Virus record (IMG/VR): IMGVR_UViG_3300045988_166613
Coordinates: 1-64,000 of that record
Direction: 5' to 3' (one strand)
Length of the DNA stretch: 64,000 nt
From: a virus
This document shows, one piece after another, positions 1 through 9,805 of the stretch. The number at the start of each line of letters is the position of its first letter. Within the stretch, counting starts at the first letter, position 1. The notes beneath the pieces are model-generated. The model saw nothing but the letters and a program-made list of their open reading frames with translations, was not told the DNA's origin and made no database searches. A program made the translations under genes and the position numbers.

Positions 1-314
1 ATTTAGCACCTAGAAGTTCAACTTTTAAAACTTGGGGAATTATACAAACTAATAGCGTTGGTATTGTGGATGATACGTTTATAGGAGATAATGACCAATG
101 GCATTTTCCAGTACAATGTACAATAGCAAAAACAACAGAAAAAGTTAATATTGAAGATAATAAAGTTACTGTCATGGGTACTTGGATAAGAAAAGGGGAT
201 AAAATAGGTCAATTTAGAATTCAAAAATCAATGCCTGAAATAAAGTTTAATATAGTTGAAAGACTTGATAATGAAAATAGGGGAGGATTTGGTACTACAG
301 GAAAGACTAAATAA
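1..314 (+). CDS. dut: dUTP diphosphatase (dUTPase), N-terminus cut by window edge
   Basis: Frame 3 is open from nt 3. The translation contains ...TNSVGIVDDTFIGDND... (motif 3-like) and the C-terminal ...NENRGGFGTTGKTK (motif 5). TAA at 312-314. Confidence 0.8.
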   Translation, partial: LAPRSSTFKTWGIIQTNSVGIVDDTFIGDNDQWHFPVQCTIAKTTEKVNIEDNKVTVMGTWIRKGDKIGQFRIQKSMPEIKFNIVERLDNENRGGFGTTGKTK

Positions 315-423
315 AAAGGCAAAAAAATAGGGTAGAACTAATTTAATAATTCTACCCTTGACTTTAACAATAAAAAATATTATAATAAATATGACAATTT
401 TTATATTGTCTTTTGTTGTATTG

Positions 424-455
424 AGAGTAGGAGAGTTTTCTTCTACTCTTTTTTA
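424..455 (+). terminator. rho-independent terminator between convergent genes
   Basis: AGAGTAG (424-430) pairs with CTACTCT (443-449) and is followed by TTTTT. A second hairpin AGGGTAGAA/TTCTACCCT lies at 329-358. Confidence 0.5.
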
Positions 456-457
456 AT

Positions 458-838
458 TTATTTTTCTTTAGCTTTATATTCTATGATTTGCTTTATTTCT
501 GTAATGTCATCTTTAGTGATCTTAACATCATCTTGAATGGAATCAACTTTTGAATTTATTTCTTTATTAAAGCTTTTAAACTCATTAACTGATTCTCTAA
601 ATAAATTCATGGCATCTTTAAACATATGTTTATCTTCTTTATTTTCTAATTTTAAAGCTGTAATCTCATCTAAAAAGCATTGTCTATCTTCTTGATTACG
701 ATTTTCCATTTTATCTATTCTTTCATCTTGTTTTTTAATTCTATCTGTTACTATTTTATAAGCTATATATCCTATTAAGAGGCACATTACAATAGGAAAA
801 CCATGTTTATCTATTGCCTCCATTATAATTTTTTCCAT
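458..838 (-). CDS. BhlA/UviB-like holin-like membrane protein (TM helix + coiled coil)
   Basis: ORF 458-847. The best start is ATG 838, 5 nt after GGAGGTGA. The hydrophobic helix FPIVMCLLIGYIAYKIV followed by a charged coiled coil resembles the BhlA/UviB family. Confidence 0.5.
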   Translation of the reverse strand: MEKIIMEAIDKHGFPIVMCLLIGYIAYKIVTDRIKKQDERIDKMENRNQEDRQCFLDEITALKLENKEDKHMFKDAMNLFRESVNEFKSFNKEINSKVDSIQDDVKITKDDITEIKQIIEYKAKEK

Positions 839-887
839 TGTTGTCACCTCCTCTCAAGTCAAATATAAATTACTTGATTAGAAGGTT

Positions 888-1901
888 TTAACTAAATAAT
901 TGGTTTGCTTCCTCATCATTATTTCTAAGATCGTAGAATGATGACGTAGTCGAGATGTTATTGTGTTGCGCTACAAATTTTGATACAACTTTTATATCTT
1001 TACCCTTTGATAAAAGATTTGTTATACATGAACCTTTAAATAAATGTGCATTTATCCTTCTACCTAATATATCAGATAAAGTATTGGCACAAAATTCATT
1101 TGCCCATTCTCTGCTAATCATATGAATTTCTCCATTATATTTGCATGTAAATATGTACTTATGATTATATCTTCTTTTTTCTAGCCATAACTTAATATAT
1201 CTTAAAGCTTCTTCATTAACCATATAATGAACTCTCTTACCATCAGAACCACGACCTTTTTCTCTTACATAATTAGAATAAACAAAAGTTTTCCCCTCTG
1301 GTATTTCTTGTTCGGCTATTGATGATTCAAATTGTCTAATACCTCCTCTTCTTGCACCACAATTAAATGCACAAGCAACCCATGCAGCACCCATATAATT
1401 TTCATCATCAATTAATGCATCTATCAATATTTTATATTCCTCTTCTGATATAGGAATTTTTTCATAAACATAGTTTCTAGGTATATCTTTGTATGCTTTT
1501 GTAAAATTTCTAAAAGATTTATATTCTTTCATTTCATCATCTTCTGATACTACATCTTCTATATATCCACATAAAGATGATACAGATGATTTTTTAAATT
1601 TTAAAGCACTACTTGACATCCCTCTATTAACCAAATAACTCATATATCTTACAAAATCTCTTTTCTTTACTTTATGAAAAGGCTTATCATTACAGCTAGT
1701 ATGTAACCAATATACAAATTGTCTTAATCCAGATTTATATTGAGTTCTAGTATCTTTGCTTAATTGAGACTTAACTTCAAAAAATTCTTGCACCATTTCT
1801 CTGTTTTCATAGTTACACTCATTGTACATTTCATCAGTGACCACAGGTAACTTTAAAGCTCTTTCACGTACCATATTTTTTTCTATATTAGTTTTTGTCA
1901 T
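888..1901 (-). CDS. tyrosine recombinase/integrase-family protein with divergent box II
   Basis: SAM-like N-domain (TRTQYKSGLRQFVYWL), GARRGG, AHLFKGS at the usual HxxR position, and the C-terminal box HNNISTTSSFY. AAGGAGG RBS. Confidence 0.7.
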   Translation of the reverse strand: MTKTNIEKNMVRERALKLPVVTDEMYNECNYENREMVQEFFEVKSQLSKDTRTQYKSGLRQFVYWLHTSCNDKPFHKVKKRDFVRYMSYLVNRGMSSSALKFKKSSVSSLCGYIEDVVSEDDEMKEYKSFRNFTKAYKDIPRNYVYEKIPISEEEYKILIDALIDDENYMGAAWVACAFNCGARRGGIRQFESSIAEQEIPEGKTFVYSNYVREKGRGSDGKRVHYMVNEEALRYIKLWLEKRRYNHKYIFTCKYNGEIHMISREWANEFCANTLSDILGRRINAHLFKGSCITNLLSKGKDIKVVSKFVAQHNNISTTSSFYDLRNNDEEANQLFS

Positions 1902-3044
1902 TTAGAATTCCTCCTTTGTATTTATTTTATTTAATAGCATATCTTCTATATTGCTTTCAAAATAAGGTATTTCCAACAAATTTATATTATGAGTTTTACA
2001 ATAAGTTCTTTTAAAGCTATCGTTTTCTTTTTGTTTATTAAATTGCTCAATTCCACCAAAAATTTCAACTGGCTTATAATGTTGAACTCCTTGATACTCA
2101 ATGCATAAATTATAATCTTCTAAATAAAAATCAAATGGTAAAGGTTTACTTTTTCTACAATCATTAAATCTAAATTCTCTTTTATATTTTATTTTATGTC
2201 TATCTAGAATATTTTTTATAGTTTCTTCACCAATAGATTTTGTACATAATCCACAACCGTGTCCTTCTAATAAGTGACTTGCACGAATAGAAAAAATACT
2301 ATTACATTTGTTACAATATACTTTGATATGATCCCTACCTTTAATGTAATTAGATATAACTTTATATTTATCACCATGTATTTTATTTACTTTCTCTATA
2401 AATTCATCATGTGAATATCTAATTTTAGATAATTGTTTTTCTTTAGAACAATAAATGCAAGGATGTGATTTTGATATCATTCCACCCCAACTTTTATATT
2501 GAATACCCTCATCTCTATGTTTATTACATATAAAAGGTAATTTCTCTTCATTGTTGATGTATTTATTAGCTAAAATTTGAATATTATAATCTTTTAAAGC
2601 TTTTTCAATTATATCTTTAATCTTATTACATCTACTTTCCCTAAATGAAATTTTCTCACATTCTGGACAAAGAATTGAGCCATTTTTTATAACATTCCAG
2701 CTTCTTTGAAAAAATATATTATGTATCAAACACTCCCATTGCATTTTATATGTAGCATTTTGAGGATTTTTAGTTATTAACTTTAAAGGAATATTGTTCA
2801 ATTTTAAATAATTATTAATATTATTGTAAGTATAAATATTATGTTGAAAAAATATTGCAGGTTTAGTTTTTCTTCTATATAAAGTTGATAAATTTTGAAT
2901 ATTAAGAAAATACAAATATCCATTTTTATCTTGAAATGAAATCTTGTCAGATGTACTATATGTTTTAATCTTTGAAATATTATCTATACATTTTAATTCC
3001 AAATAATCTAAAAATTTATTTAACCTATCCATATTTAAAGCCAT
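1902..3044 (-). CDS. Zn-ribbon-repeat nuclease with PD-(D/E)XK/Vsr-like C-terminal domain (free-standing homing-endonuclease-like)
   Basis: Repeated Cys pairs (CPECEK, CIYCSKE, CNKCNS...CGLC) followed by PFDFYLEDYNLCIEYQGVQHY. Paralogous to 26884-28890 and 62980->64000. Confidence 0.6.
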   Translation of the reverse strand: MALNMDRLNKFLDYLELKCIDNISKIKTYSTSDKISFQDKNGYLYFLNIQNLSTLYRRKTKPAIFFQHNIYTYNNINNYLKLNNIPLKLITKNPQNATYKMQWECLIHNIFFQRSWNVIKNGSILCPECEKISFRESRCNKIKDIIEKALKDYNIQILANKYINNEEKLPFICNKHRDEGIQYKSWGGMISKSHPCIYCSKEKQLSKIRYSHDEFIEKVNKIHGDKYKVISNYIKGRDHIKVYCNKCNSIFSIRASHLLEGHGCGLCTKSIGEETIKNILDRHKIKYKREFRFNDCRKSKPLPFDFYLEDYNLCIEYQGVQHYKPVEIFGGIEQFNKQKENDSFKRTYCKTHNINLLEIPYFESNIEDMLLNKINTKEEF

Positions 3045-3080
3045 TAATCATCGCTTCCTTTCTAATAGTTTTTATATAAA

Positions 3081-3111
3081 TAAAAAAGAACCAAGAAATT
3101 AATCTTGATTC
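3081..3111 (-). terminator. rho-independent terminator after recombinase gene
   Basis: Minus sense: GAATCAAGA-TTAATT-TCTTGGTTC followed by TTTTTT. Confidence 0.6.
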
Positions 3112-3133
3112 TTCAATAATTTTCAAATTTATT

Positions 3134-4423
3134 TTATTTTGATAATGGACTATCATTCACTATCTTTCTTAATTCTACATCATCTACATGAGTATATATT
3201 TGAGTTGTAGATATATTTTCATGTCCTAATATCTCTTGGATAAATCTTATATCTACCCCTTCTTTTAAATACATTGTAGCTGCACTATGTCTAAGTTTGT
3301 GAGGAGTATATTTTTTATCTTTAAATCCTGCGTTCTCTATGTGTTTTTTTACTAAATCTTCAACCGCTCTTGCTGTTATCTGTGTTTTTCTTTTTGATAA
3401 AAATAAATATTCATTGTAATTATTTAATTCTTTTCTATCTTTTAAATAATTATTAATTGCTTTTATACATTCTTCATTTAGATAAACTGTTCTCTCTTTA
3501 TCTCCCTTACCTATAATAGTTATAGTATCTTCTTTTATATCCTTTAATTTTATATTACATAATTCAGATAATCTCATTCCACAATTTAAAAATAGTACAA
3601 ATATACAATAATCTCTACTATAATATTTCTTTCCTTTATTCATAGATTCTAAAACTTTTTTACTTTGATCTAAGGTTAAATAAACTGGAAGTCTTTTCTT
3701 TATTTTTGGAGTTTCCAATTCTATTGTAGGGTTTTCATCTATTACTTTCATTTTTACATTTAAAAACTTAAAGAAAGATTTTAAAGTAGCAACCTTTCTA
3801 GCTTTTGCATAAGCACTATTCTTTCTGTCTATTTCTACATAATTTAAAAAATCATATAAATCAGATAATGTTATATTTCTTATAAAATTATCATCAACAT
3901 ATCTTATGTCAACATTATCATAATTCTCCTCAACATCTTGATTTCTTCCAACTAGATACTTAAATAACAATGTTAAGTCATATGTATAATTTTTTATAGT
4001 ATTAGGACTTTGTTCTTTGATATTTTTTAAATAAGATACAAAATCATCAACTCTTTTAGGTAGTTTGTTTTCCTCTATTTTTTTAATTTCAACTTTTTTA
4101 TTCAACTCTAATTGTATGTTTGAATTATCGTTCAAATTCATTTTTTCATCAGAATTGAAGCTATCTAATTTTAATTCTTCAACCCACATTTGGATAATTC
4201 TTTTATTTTTTTTGTATATGTTCGCTATTTCATCTACAGACATGTTCATTTTATTGTAAAAAATATAAATATGTTCTATGTAATTTTCATAATCTCTAGC
4301 AACTCCTAAACTATCATAATTATTATATATATCATTTAAATTATCCATATCTTTACTATTAAATATATTATTTGAAATTATTTCATTAACATTTTGTTCA
4401 TATATCACCTTAAAACACCTCAT
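3134..4423 (-). CDS. tyrosine recombinase, XerC/XerD-like (integrase or resolvase) with N-terminal HTH extension
   Basis: Canonical boxes GMRLSEL, HKLRHSAATMYL and LGHENISTTQIYTHV. RBS AGAGGT upstream of the ATG. Confidence 0.85.
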   Translation of the reverse strand: MRCFKVIYEQNVNEIISNNIFNSKDMDNLNDIYNNYDSLGVARDYENYIEHIYIFYNKMNMSVDEIANIYKKNKRIIQMWVEELKLDSFNSDEKMNLNDNSNIQLELNKKVEIKKIEENKLPKRVDDFVSYLKNIKEQSPNTIKNYTYDLTLLFKYLVGRNQDVEENYDNVDIRYVDDNFIRNITLSDLYDFLNYVEIDRKNSAYAKARKVATLKSFFKFLNVKMKVIDENPTIELETPKIKKRLPVYLTLDQSKKVLESMNKGKKYYSRDYCIFVLFLNCGMRLSELCNIKLKDIKEDTITIIGKGDKERTVYLNEECIKAINNYLKDRKELNNYNEYLFLSKRKTQITARAVEDLVKKHIENAGFKDKKYTPHKLRHSAATMYLKEGVDIRFIQEILGHENISTTQIYTHVDDVELRKIVNDSPLSK

Positions 4424-4459
4424 TTTGACCTCTAATTTACTATATTATAACATATTTTC

Positions 4460-4483
4460 TTCGTAAAATCTATATTTTACGAA
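4460..4483. promoter_or_regulatory. perfect 9-6-9 palindrome (candidate recombinase core site or operator)
   Basis: TTCGTAAAA-TCTATA-TTTTACGAA, 37-60 nt upstream of the XerC/D-like gene start. Confidence 0.4.
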
Positions 4484-4618
4484 GTTAAATTGTAAAATAT
4501 TTACCTAATGAGATGTAAATGAATTCTGTTGAAAAATCAAATTTTAAAATCAATACAATCTAGTAAATTATAATATAAAAGCGATTTAAAATTTAAAAAT
4601 TCAACAGAATAGATATTA

Positions 4619-4936
4619 TTATATTGATAAAGCTATATTAAATATTGTTCCAATTTCACCTTCATATATAACATCATTGAAATTTTCTAAATCTTCAAAA
4701 GTATATATTATATTAGCATTTAAGTGTTTTGGATATTGTTTTTCTTTATTCCTATCTTTGTCTTGCCAAACTAAAGTAATATCACAATCTTTATTACTTT
4801 TGATTGTCATAGCTCCAATATTTTCTTTCTTCTTATCAAAATATTTATCTAATATTATAGATTCCCTTTGTAGAGTAGTAGTGGTATTAAAAATTCTTGC
4901 ATCTGTATAAACCATTTTCCCATTACTCCATCTCAA
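4619..4936 (-). CDS. hypothetical protein
   Basis: 105-aa ORF with a TTG start 7 nt after AAGGAGTGA. No recognisable motif. Confidence 0.5.
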   Translation of the reverse strand: MRWSNGKMVYTDARIFNTTTTLQRESIILDKYFDKKKENIGAMTIKSNKDCDITLVWQDKDRNKEKQYPKHLNANIIYTFEDLENFNDVIYEGEIGTIFNIALSI

Positions 4937-5006
4937 ATAAAATCACTCCTTTCAAATATAGAGTAGAATAGGGTAGTTGTATTTCTACCCTATATATTTT
5001 ATATTT

Positions 5007-5246
5007 TTATTTTATATCTTTAAAACCTTTTGTTGTTGGATTATTCCATATACCATACATTGCCATAAGTATAGCAACTATAGCAACTGGATTTTCTAAT
5101 ATATCTAATAGTGCTTTTCCTAGTAGTCCCCATGAAGTTAAAGTATTAAAATCCACTCCTGATGCACTAAAAACTACACCAAGCATACCAAACCAAAATG
5201 CGGGGTTCTTTAATCTTTCTTTTACTAATACTGTTTTATTTTCCAT
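5007..5246 (-). CDS. holin (phiLC3/Dp-1-like family)
   Basis: 79 aa with two hydrophobic helices (FWFGMLGVVFSA and VAIVAILMAMYGIW) and the C-terminal NPTTKGFKD typical of phiLC3-type holins. Good RBS. Lies next to the lysis genes. Confidence 0.7.
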   Translation of the reverse strand: MENKTVLVKERLKNPAFWFGMLGVVFSASGVDFNTLTSWGLLGKALLDILENPVAIVAILMAMYGIWNNPTTKGFKDIK

Positions 5247-5291
5247 AAAAATATCTCTCCTTTTATATATTTCAATACAAACTTTTCTTTT

Positions 5292-7349
5292 TTAATAATT
5301 CATCATGACTTTATAACAAATTTCGGCTAATAAGTTATGTCCTACTTGATTTGGGTGTAACCCATCTATTGTATATTCATTATAATTTAATGTATTTATA
5401 ACGCCATAACTATACAGATCTATACATTTGCAAGAAGTAAAATCGGCTACTTTTCTTGTTGCATTAACATAATCTAATAATGTTAAACCTTGTGTATTAG
5501 GATCTTCTCCATTGCTTCTATGAGTAGGAGTTAATATTATTATTGTTGCTTTAGGATTCCATTCAAAGATCTTTTTAAGCATATATTGATAGCTACCTAT
5601 ATATTCTTCGTTAAAAGAAATAGAATTGTATTTAGTAATATCTCCTAACGGTTGGTTAGTACCAAAGTCATTTGTGCCTATTAAAATACTTATTACTTCT
5701 GCATTTTTAACATAGTTTTGTAAGTAATCACTAGAAAAATATCCTCGTAGACCATGTGTAAGCTCCATTCCACCTACTGCAAAAGTAGTTAGTTCCATAC
5801 CTAATTTTTCTGCTAAAATTCTTTGATATCCTTTAAGCCTTTTACCGTTATCTTCGCTATTTCCATCTGCAAAAGTTATACTATCCCCTAATGCTAAATA
5901 TCTTTTTCCTGCCCACCTATTACTTGGAGATCCCAAACTAGAAATTTTATTATCTATTTCTTGTTTTAAATTATCTATAGTTGATTGATTAATAAGCCAA
6001 TTTGGATTAATTCTTTCCTTTGTAGTAAGACTTCCCTCCCATTGCTCAACTTTTTTAAGTTTAGGTAGTATATTTATACCGTCTATTTCTATTTTTATTC
6101 TCAAATCAAGAATACATGGTTTATTTACATTAAAAGATATAAAAGGTTTTAAGTAAGGATGTTCATTTAAATCACAAGGATTTGGTGATTTAGTAATAAT
6201 AGTTCTTATACCATGCTTAACTATATTTGATTTTATTTTACCTGCACCGTCATTTGCGGTATAGCCACCTGAATAGGCATTAGAGTACCAAATCATTACA
6301 TCAGAATAGTTTAAATCTTGTGTATCTTTAAATTCTAAAGTGGTAATTACTTCACCTTTTGCTTTTCCTAGTATACTTTTTAACTCAGAACTATCAAAAG
6401 TGAGTATAAAAGTATTTTTTCCAGTTTCTTTAAAGTCTACTTGTAGAGATTTATTTTCATCGGAATAATGATTTTCTATGGAATTTATTATTTGTTTATT
6501 AACCCCCTCTATCTCCTCTGTAAAGTTTTTAGATGTTATTAAATAACTAGGTAAGAAGTCAGTATTTGATACGCTCGAACCTACTGTTCTTTGAGTTAAT
6601 TCATTTATTTGTATTCCGTCAATGTAAATATCTTTTCTAAAATACATTTTAGAATTATTAAATGTACAATTAAAGTAAAGTAAATAAGTAGAAAAACCAC
6701 TTTGTATAAAAGAAGATAAGTTTTCTTCTATTAAATTATATCCTTTATTTAATTGTATAGTTTTTCTATATTGTTCATTCTCAAATCCTGCGTTATCTCC
6801 AGAATTATTAGCAAAGATAATTATGTCCGCCTGTGTGCTTATCTCTGTATAGCATAAAAACCTTATTTTATTATCTCCGTTACATTCCTTATAAGTACCT
6901 TTAAATATAAATTCTTTTTTCCCAGCTTCTCCAAAAATAGAATAGCAATCTGAACCAAAGATTCCTTCAGAAAGAATATTCATATCTACAGCTCCGTTAC
7001 TTAATTTTGCATTGTTTATACTTTTATCTATTACAGTCATATTTGCAAGTGTACCATCTTGTATCTGTCTATCTATTTCTTCTTTAGTTGCTTTTTCTAT
7101 AACCTCTACAGTAGTTCCTTTATTAGCTACCTCATTTATTTTAAAATCAACTTTATTAAGCTTAGAAGCATATTGTAACTCTATATTCTCCGTACTTTCT
7201 TTAAGTTTTTCGTTATATTTATTGCTTATTTCGACAGCTTGTTTTAAACTTTTATTGTTTTTATCTACTAAATCATTTACATCTTTTAAACTTTTTTGTA
7301 ATTTAACATTCATTTCCTCAGAGCAGTCATTTATAAAATATATTCCCAT
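5292..7349 (-). CDS. SGNH/GDSL-family hydrolase (esterase) with N-terminal coiled coil; virion- or lysis-associated
   Basis: The C-terminal region carries LALGDSITF, GTNDF and DGLHPN blocks (SGNH blocks I, III and V). Start chosen at ATG 7349, after GGAGGC. Confidence 0.75.
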   Translation of the reverse strand: MGIYFINDCSEEMNVKLQKSLKDVNDLVDKNNKSLKQAVEISNKYNEKLKESTENIELQYASKLNKVDFKINEVANKGTTVEVIEKATKEEIDRQIQDGTLANMTVIDKSINNAKLSNGAVDMNILSEGIFGSDCYSIFGEAGKKEFIFKGTYKECNGDNKIRFLCYTEISTQADIIIFANNSGDNAGFENEQYRKTIQLNKGYNLIEENLSSFIQSGFSTYLLYFNCTFNNSKMYFRKDIYIDGIQINELTQRTVGSSVSNTDFLPSYLITSKNFTEEIEGVNKQIINSIENHYSDENKSLQVDFKETGKNTFILTFDSSELKSILGKAKGEVITTLEFKDTQDLNYSDVMIWYSNAYSGGYTANDGAGKIKSNIVKHGIRTIITKSPNPCDLNEHPYLKPFISFNVNKPCILDLRIKIEIDGINILPKLKKVEQWEGSLTTKERINPNWLINQSTIDNLKQEIDNKISSLGSPSNRWAGKRYLALGDSITFADGNSEDNGKRLKGYQRILAEKLGMELTTFAVGGMELTHGLRGYFSSDYLQNYVKNAEVISILIGTNDFGTNQPLGDITKYNSISFNEEYIGSYQYMLKKIFEWNPKATIIILTPTHRSNGEDPNTQGLTLLDYVNATRKVADFTSCKCIDLYSYGVINTLNYNEYTIDGLHPNQVGHNLLAEICYKVMMNY

Positions 7350-7371
7350 ATATTGCCTCCTTATAATTGTC

Positions 7372-7560
7372 TTATTTTTTACATAAATTAATAACATAAT
7401 CATTGTTATTTTTTTTAAATTCTATAGCTTTATGATGAATAAGTGAAAAAGGAACATTTATCTCACTATCTATATATTTTAAAAGTTTTTTTATATACTC
7501 ATATTCTCCAATAAAAACTCCACCATCATCAACTTCTTGTATAATTTCTTCTAAAGTCAT
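7372..7560 (-). CDS. hypothetical small protein
   Basis: 62-aa ORF with RBS ATGGAGGTT upstream. Confidence 0.5.
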   Translation of the reverse strand: MTLEEIIQEVDDGGVFIGEYEYIKKLLKYIDSEINVPFSLIHHKAIEFKKNNNDYVINLCKK

Positions 7561-7580
7561 AAATTAATAACCTCCATATA

Positions 7581-7604
7581 TAAAAGGAGGATATTAAATC
7601 CTCC
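7581..7604 (-). terminator. rho-independent terminator after endolysin gene
   Basis: Minus sense: GGAGGAT-TTAAT-ATCCTCC followed by TTTT. Confidence 0.55.
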
Positions 7605-7609
7605 AATAT

Positions 7610-8404
7610 TTATTCCACTTCTACGTATTTAGCATCAACATATCCTCTTTTTTTGCCATGAGAAGTGTTGTATTCTATATAATACCACCCTGTTTCAGTC
7701 CATACTATAGTAATTTTTTCATTATTAAATACTTTTCCTATAATATTTCCATCAATATCATCTCTAACATTAAGATAACTATTAACTTTAACTATGCCCT
7801 GTTTAACTTTAGCCTCTTCATAGAATCTTTCTGATTGTTGTCCTTCATATCTAACATATCCATCTGTTGGAGTTCCGTCTTCTCTATAAAATGTTATACG
7901 CAACCATCCATTTTCTCTATACATAGGAGAAGCTTTTTTATTAGGTTTTAACACTTCATCATGTTCTGTTTTATTTACATTTTCTGAACTCCACCATACA
8001 TATGTATCTCCATCATCATTTTGATACTCCATATGATAATCAAAAGATATTCTATTATAATTCTCTATAGAAATATAAGCATGATATTTTTTATCTCCAC
8101 TAGGATAAATTACTTCTATAAATTTACTTGAAGGATATATTCCTAATACAAATATTTTATCTAAGCTAGAAATATATCTACCTTCTATTGGATTACATTT
8201 ATCATCTAATACTTGAATATTTCCTTCACCAACTATAGTTGCATTGGTTTTAGTTATATCACTTTCGTAAAAGCAATAAGGATTATCTTTTTTGATAGTT
8301 GTTATACTTGAAACTTTATTACCTTCTAATCTTGCTTTAAAGTCATACCATCTAGCCCAATTGTTAGGTGAAAAAGTTTGAGGACAGTTCTTTCTACTTG
8401 CATC
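7610..8404 (-). CDS. endolysin exon 2 (end of amidase_2 domain + SH3-like cell-wall-binding domain)
   Basis: Begins DASRKNCPQ, which continues the amidase motif interrupted at 9806. The C-terminus (GIVKVNSYLNVRDDIDGNIIGKV...GWYYIEY) looks SH3_3-like. Confidence 0.75.
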   Translation of the reverse strand, partial: DASRKNCPQTFSPNNWARWYDFKARLEGNKVSSITTIKKDNPYCFYESDITKTNATIVGEGNIQVLDDKCNPIEGRYISSLDKIFVLGIYPSSKFIEVIYPSGDKKYHAYISIENYNRISFDYHMEYQNDDGDTYVWWSSENVNKTEHDEVLKPNKKASPMYRENGWLRITFYREDGTPTDGYVRYEGQQSERFYEEAKVKQGIVKVNSYLNVRDDIDGNIIGKVFNNEKITIVWTETGWYYIEYNTSHGKKRGYVDAKYVEVE

Positions 8405-9805
8405 CGTTTTCTTCACAAGAAGTCGTTAATTTCTTGCAGTTCTCTTATGAACTTCTATAGCTTTCACTATAAGACGAGACTATATCATCATCTCATTTTG
8501 AGATGCCTTACGTTTCCATTTAAAAGGTCTTATTATCACCTAATTACGGCTTTGCCTTACCACTTGGCTGTACTCTACTCCCTTCCGTATTTCTACGTGG
8601 TTTCGATAGTCGTTGAGATTAATTATTGCTTATTTTTAATTTATTTTCTTTAAATTCATAATATTGTTTTGGTGTATTATTTCCAATTCCATATATACTA
8701 TGAAATTCTTTATGCAAATTTTCCGTTAAACACACACCTAATCCATATTTATTATGTAATTTATTACAAGTTTCTACTAATAAAAATAATTCTTCCTTAG
8801 TATATTCACCAATTTCTTTATAATCTAATTTCACTTCTTTTAATGTTTCCTTAACTATATCTGAAAAGTTATATAAATGATGGATAACTTGAAATCTTTC
8901 GCCTGTTATATCACATTTGTAATTACAAGCCTTCATACTAGCTCTTTTCCATTCATTTAAATGTCTACGTAAATATTCATGTAAAGGCGTAACTCCACCC
9001 TTCCAACAATAGTGATTTTCTAATTTAATAGTTTTGTTGCATTTTTTACAGTGAGGAGTTAATTGAAATGCAGATAAACTTTTATGATCTATTTCTCCGC
9101 ATTTACATCTAAATTTTAGTAAGCCTGCTCCATTTTTATAATCTACATAATTACTTAATAACTCACATCCATGTTTTTCAAAAACATTAACTATTTGTTC
9201 TTTTGTTATTCGCCTTTGTTTAACATTTTTCTCTATACCGCATTTTATACACCTGATATCTTTATTTATAAAATCACTTAATTTAACTTCAGATTTATTA
9301 CCACATTCACAAATATATTCTACCTTTGAAAAAACACCATTTTTTAATTCATTACTTAATAATTTGCAACCTCTCTCTTTAAAAATATTTTCAACATCTT
9401 CTATTTTATACTTTTTCCTTTTAGCAAAATTGATTTTGGTGCTATTTAACTCTAAATCACAAAATTTATATATATCAACAATTGACTTTATACCAAATTT
9501 TTTGAAGATATATTGAATAGACGGTAAATTATTAGAATTTTTAAAATCTCTAATATTTATCTTATTATTTTTGTTATAAAAATCTCTTACTTTTAAAATT
9601 AATTCTTCTTTTGATATTTCTTTTTGTTTTCCCATCTTATTTTCACCTCCATATATTATATATTATCACAAACAATAATTAATCTGCTGATTGTCCATTG
9701 TTACATCTTTAAAATTGTTACACTTTGGTACTTAAAGCTTTAGGAGTTTCCAGCATATATAAGGTTTTTCGATACGTATCGCTACGTAAAGCTACCATGT
9801 TATTA
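8405..9805 (-). mobile_element. group I-type intron in the endolysin gene, carrying a homing endonuclease ORF
   Basis: Stops in the exon frame. The 5' exon ends in U and the intron ends in G. GGTAG near the 5' end can pair with exon CTAT. GATGATATAGTCT resembles the conserved group I core element. Both non-ORF flanks are GC-richer and structured. Confidence 0.7.
8619..9635 (-). CDS. intron-encoded Zn-ribbon-repeat HNH homing endonuclease
   Basis: Repeated CxC/CxxC modules (CECGN, CIKCG, CKCGE, CKKCN) followed by the HNH-type motif QVIHHLY...NLHKEFH. GGAGGTGA RBS. Confidence 0.7.
   Translation of the reverse strand: MGKQKEISKEELILKVRDFYNKNNKINIRDFKNSNNLPSIQYIFKKFGIKSIVDIYKFCDLELNSTKINFAKRKKYKIEDVENIFKERGCKLLSNELKNGVFSKVEYICECGNKSEVKLSDFINKDIRCIKCGIEKNVKQRRITKEQIVNVFEKHGCELLSNYVDYKNGAGLLKFRCKCGEIDHKSLSAFQLTPHCKKCNKTIKLENHYCWKGGVTPLHEYLRRHLNEWKRASMKACNYKCDITGERFQVIHHLYNFSDIVKETLKEVKLDYKEIGEYTKEELFLLVETCNKLHNKYGLGVCLTENLHKEFHSIYGIGNNTPKQYYEFKENKLKISNN

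Noticed and set aside
8378-8653. Plus-strand 91-aa ORF overlapping the endolysin exon 2 start and the intron 3' region.
   Set aside because: It is antisense to the gene orientation, has no RBS, and has a low-complexity composition. The region is better explained as the structured 3' part of the intron.
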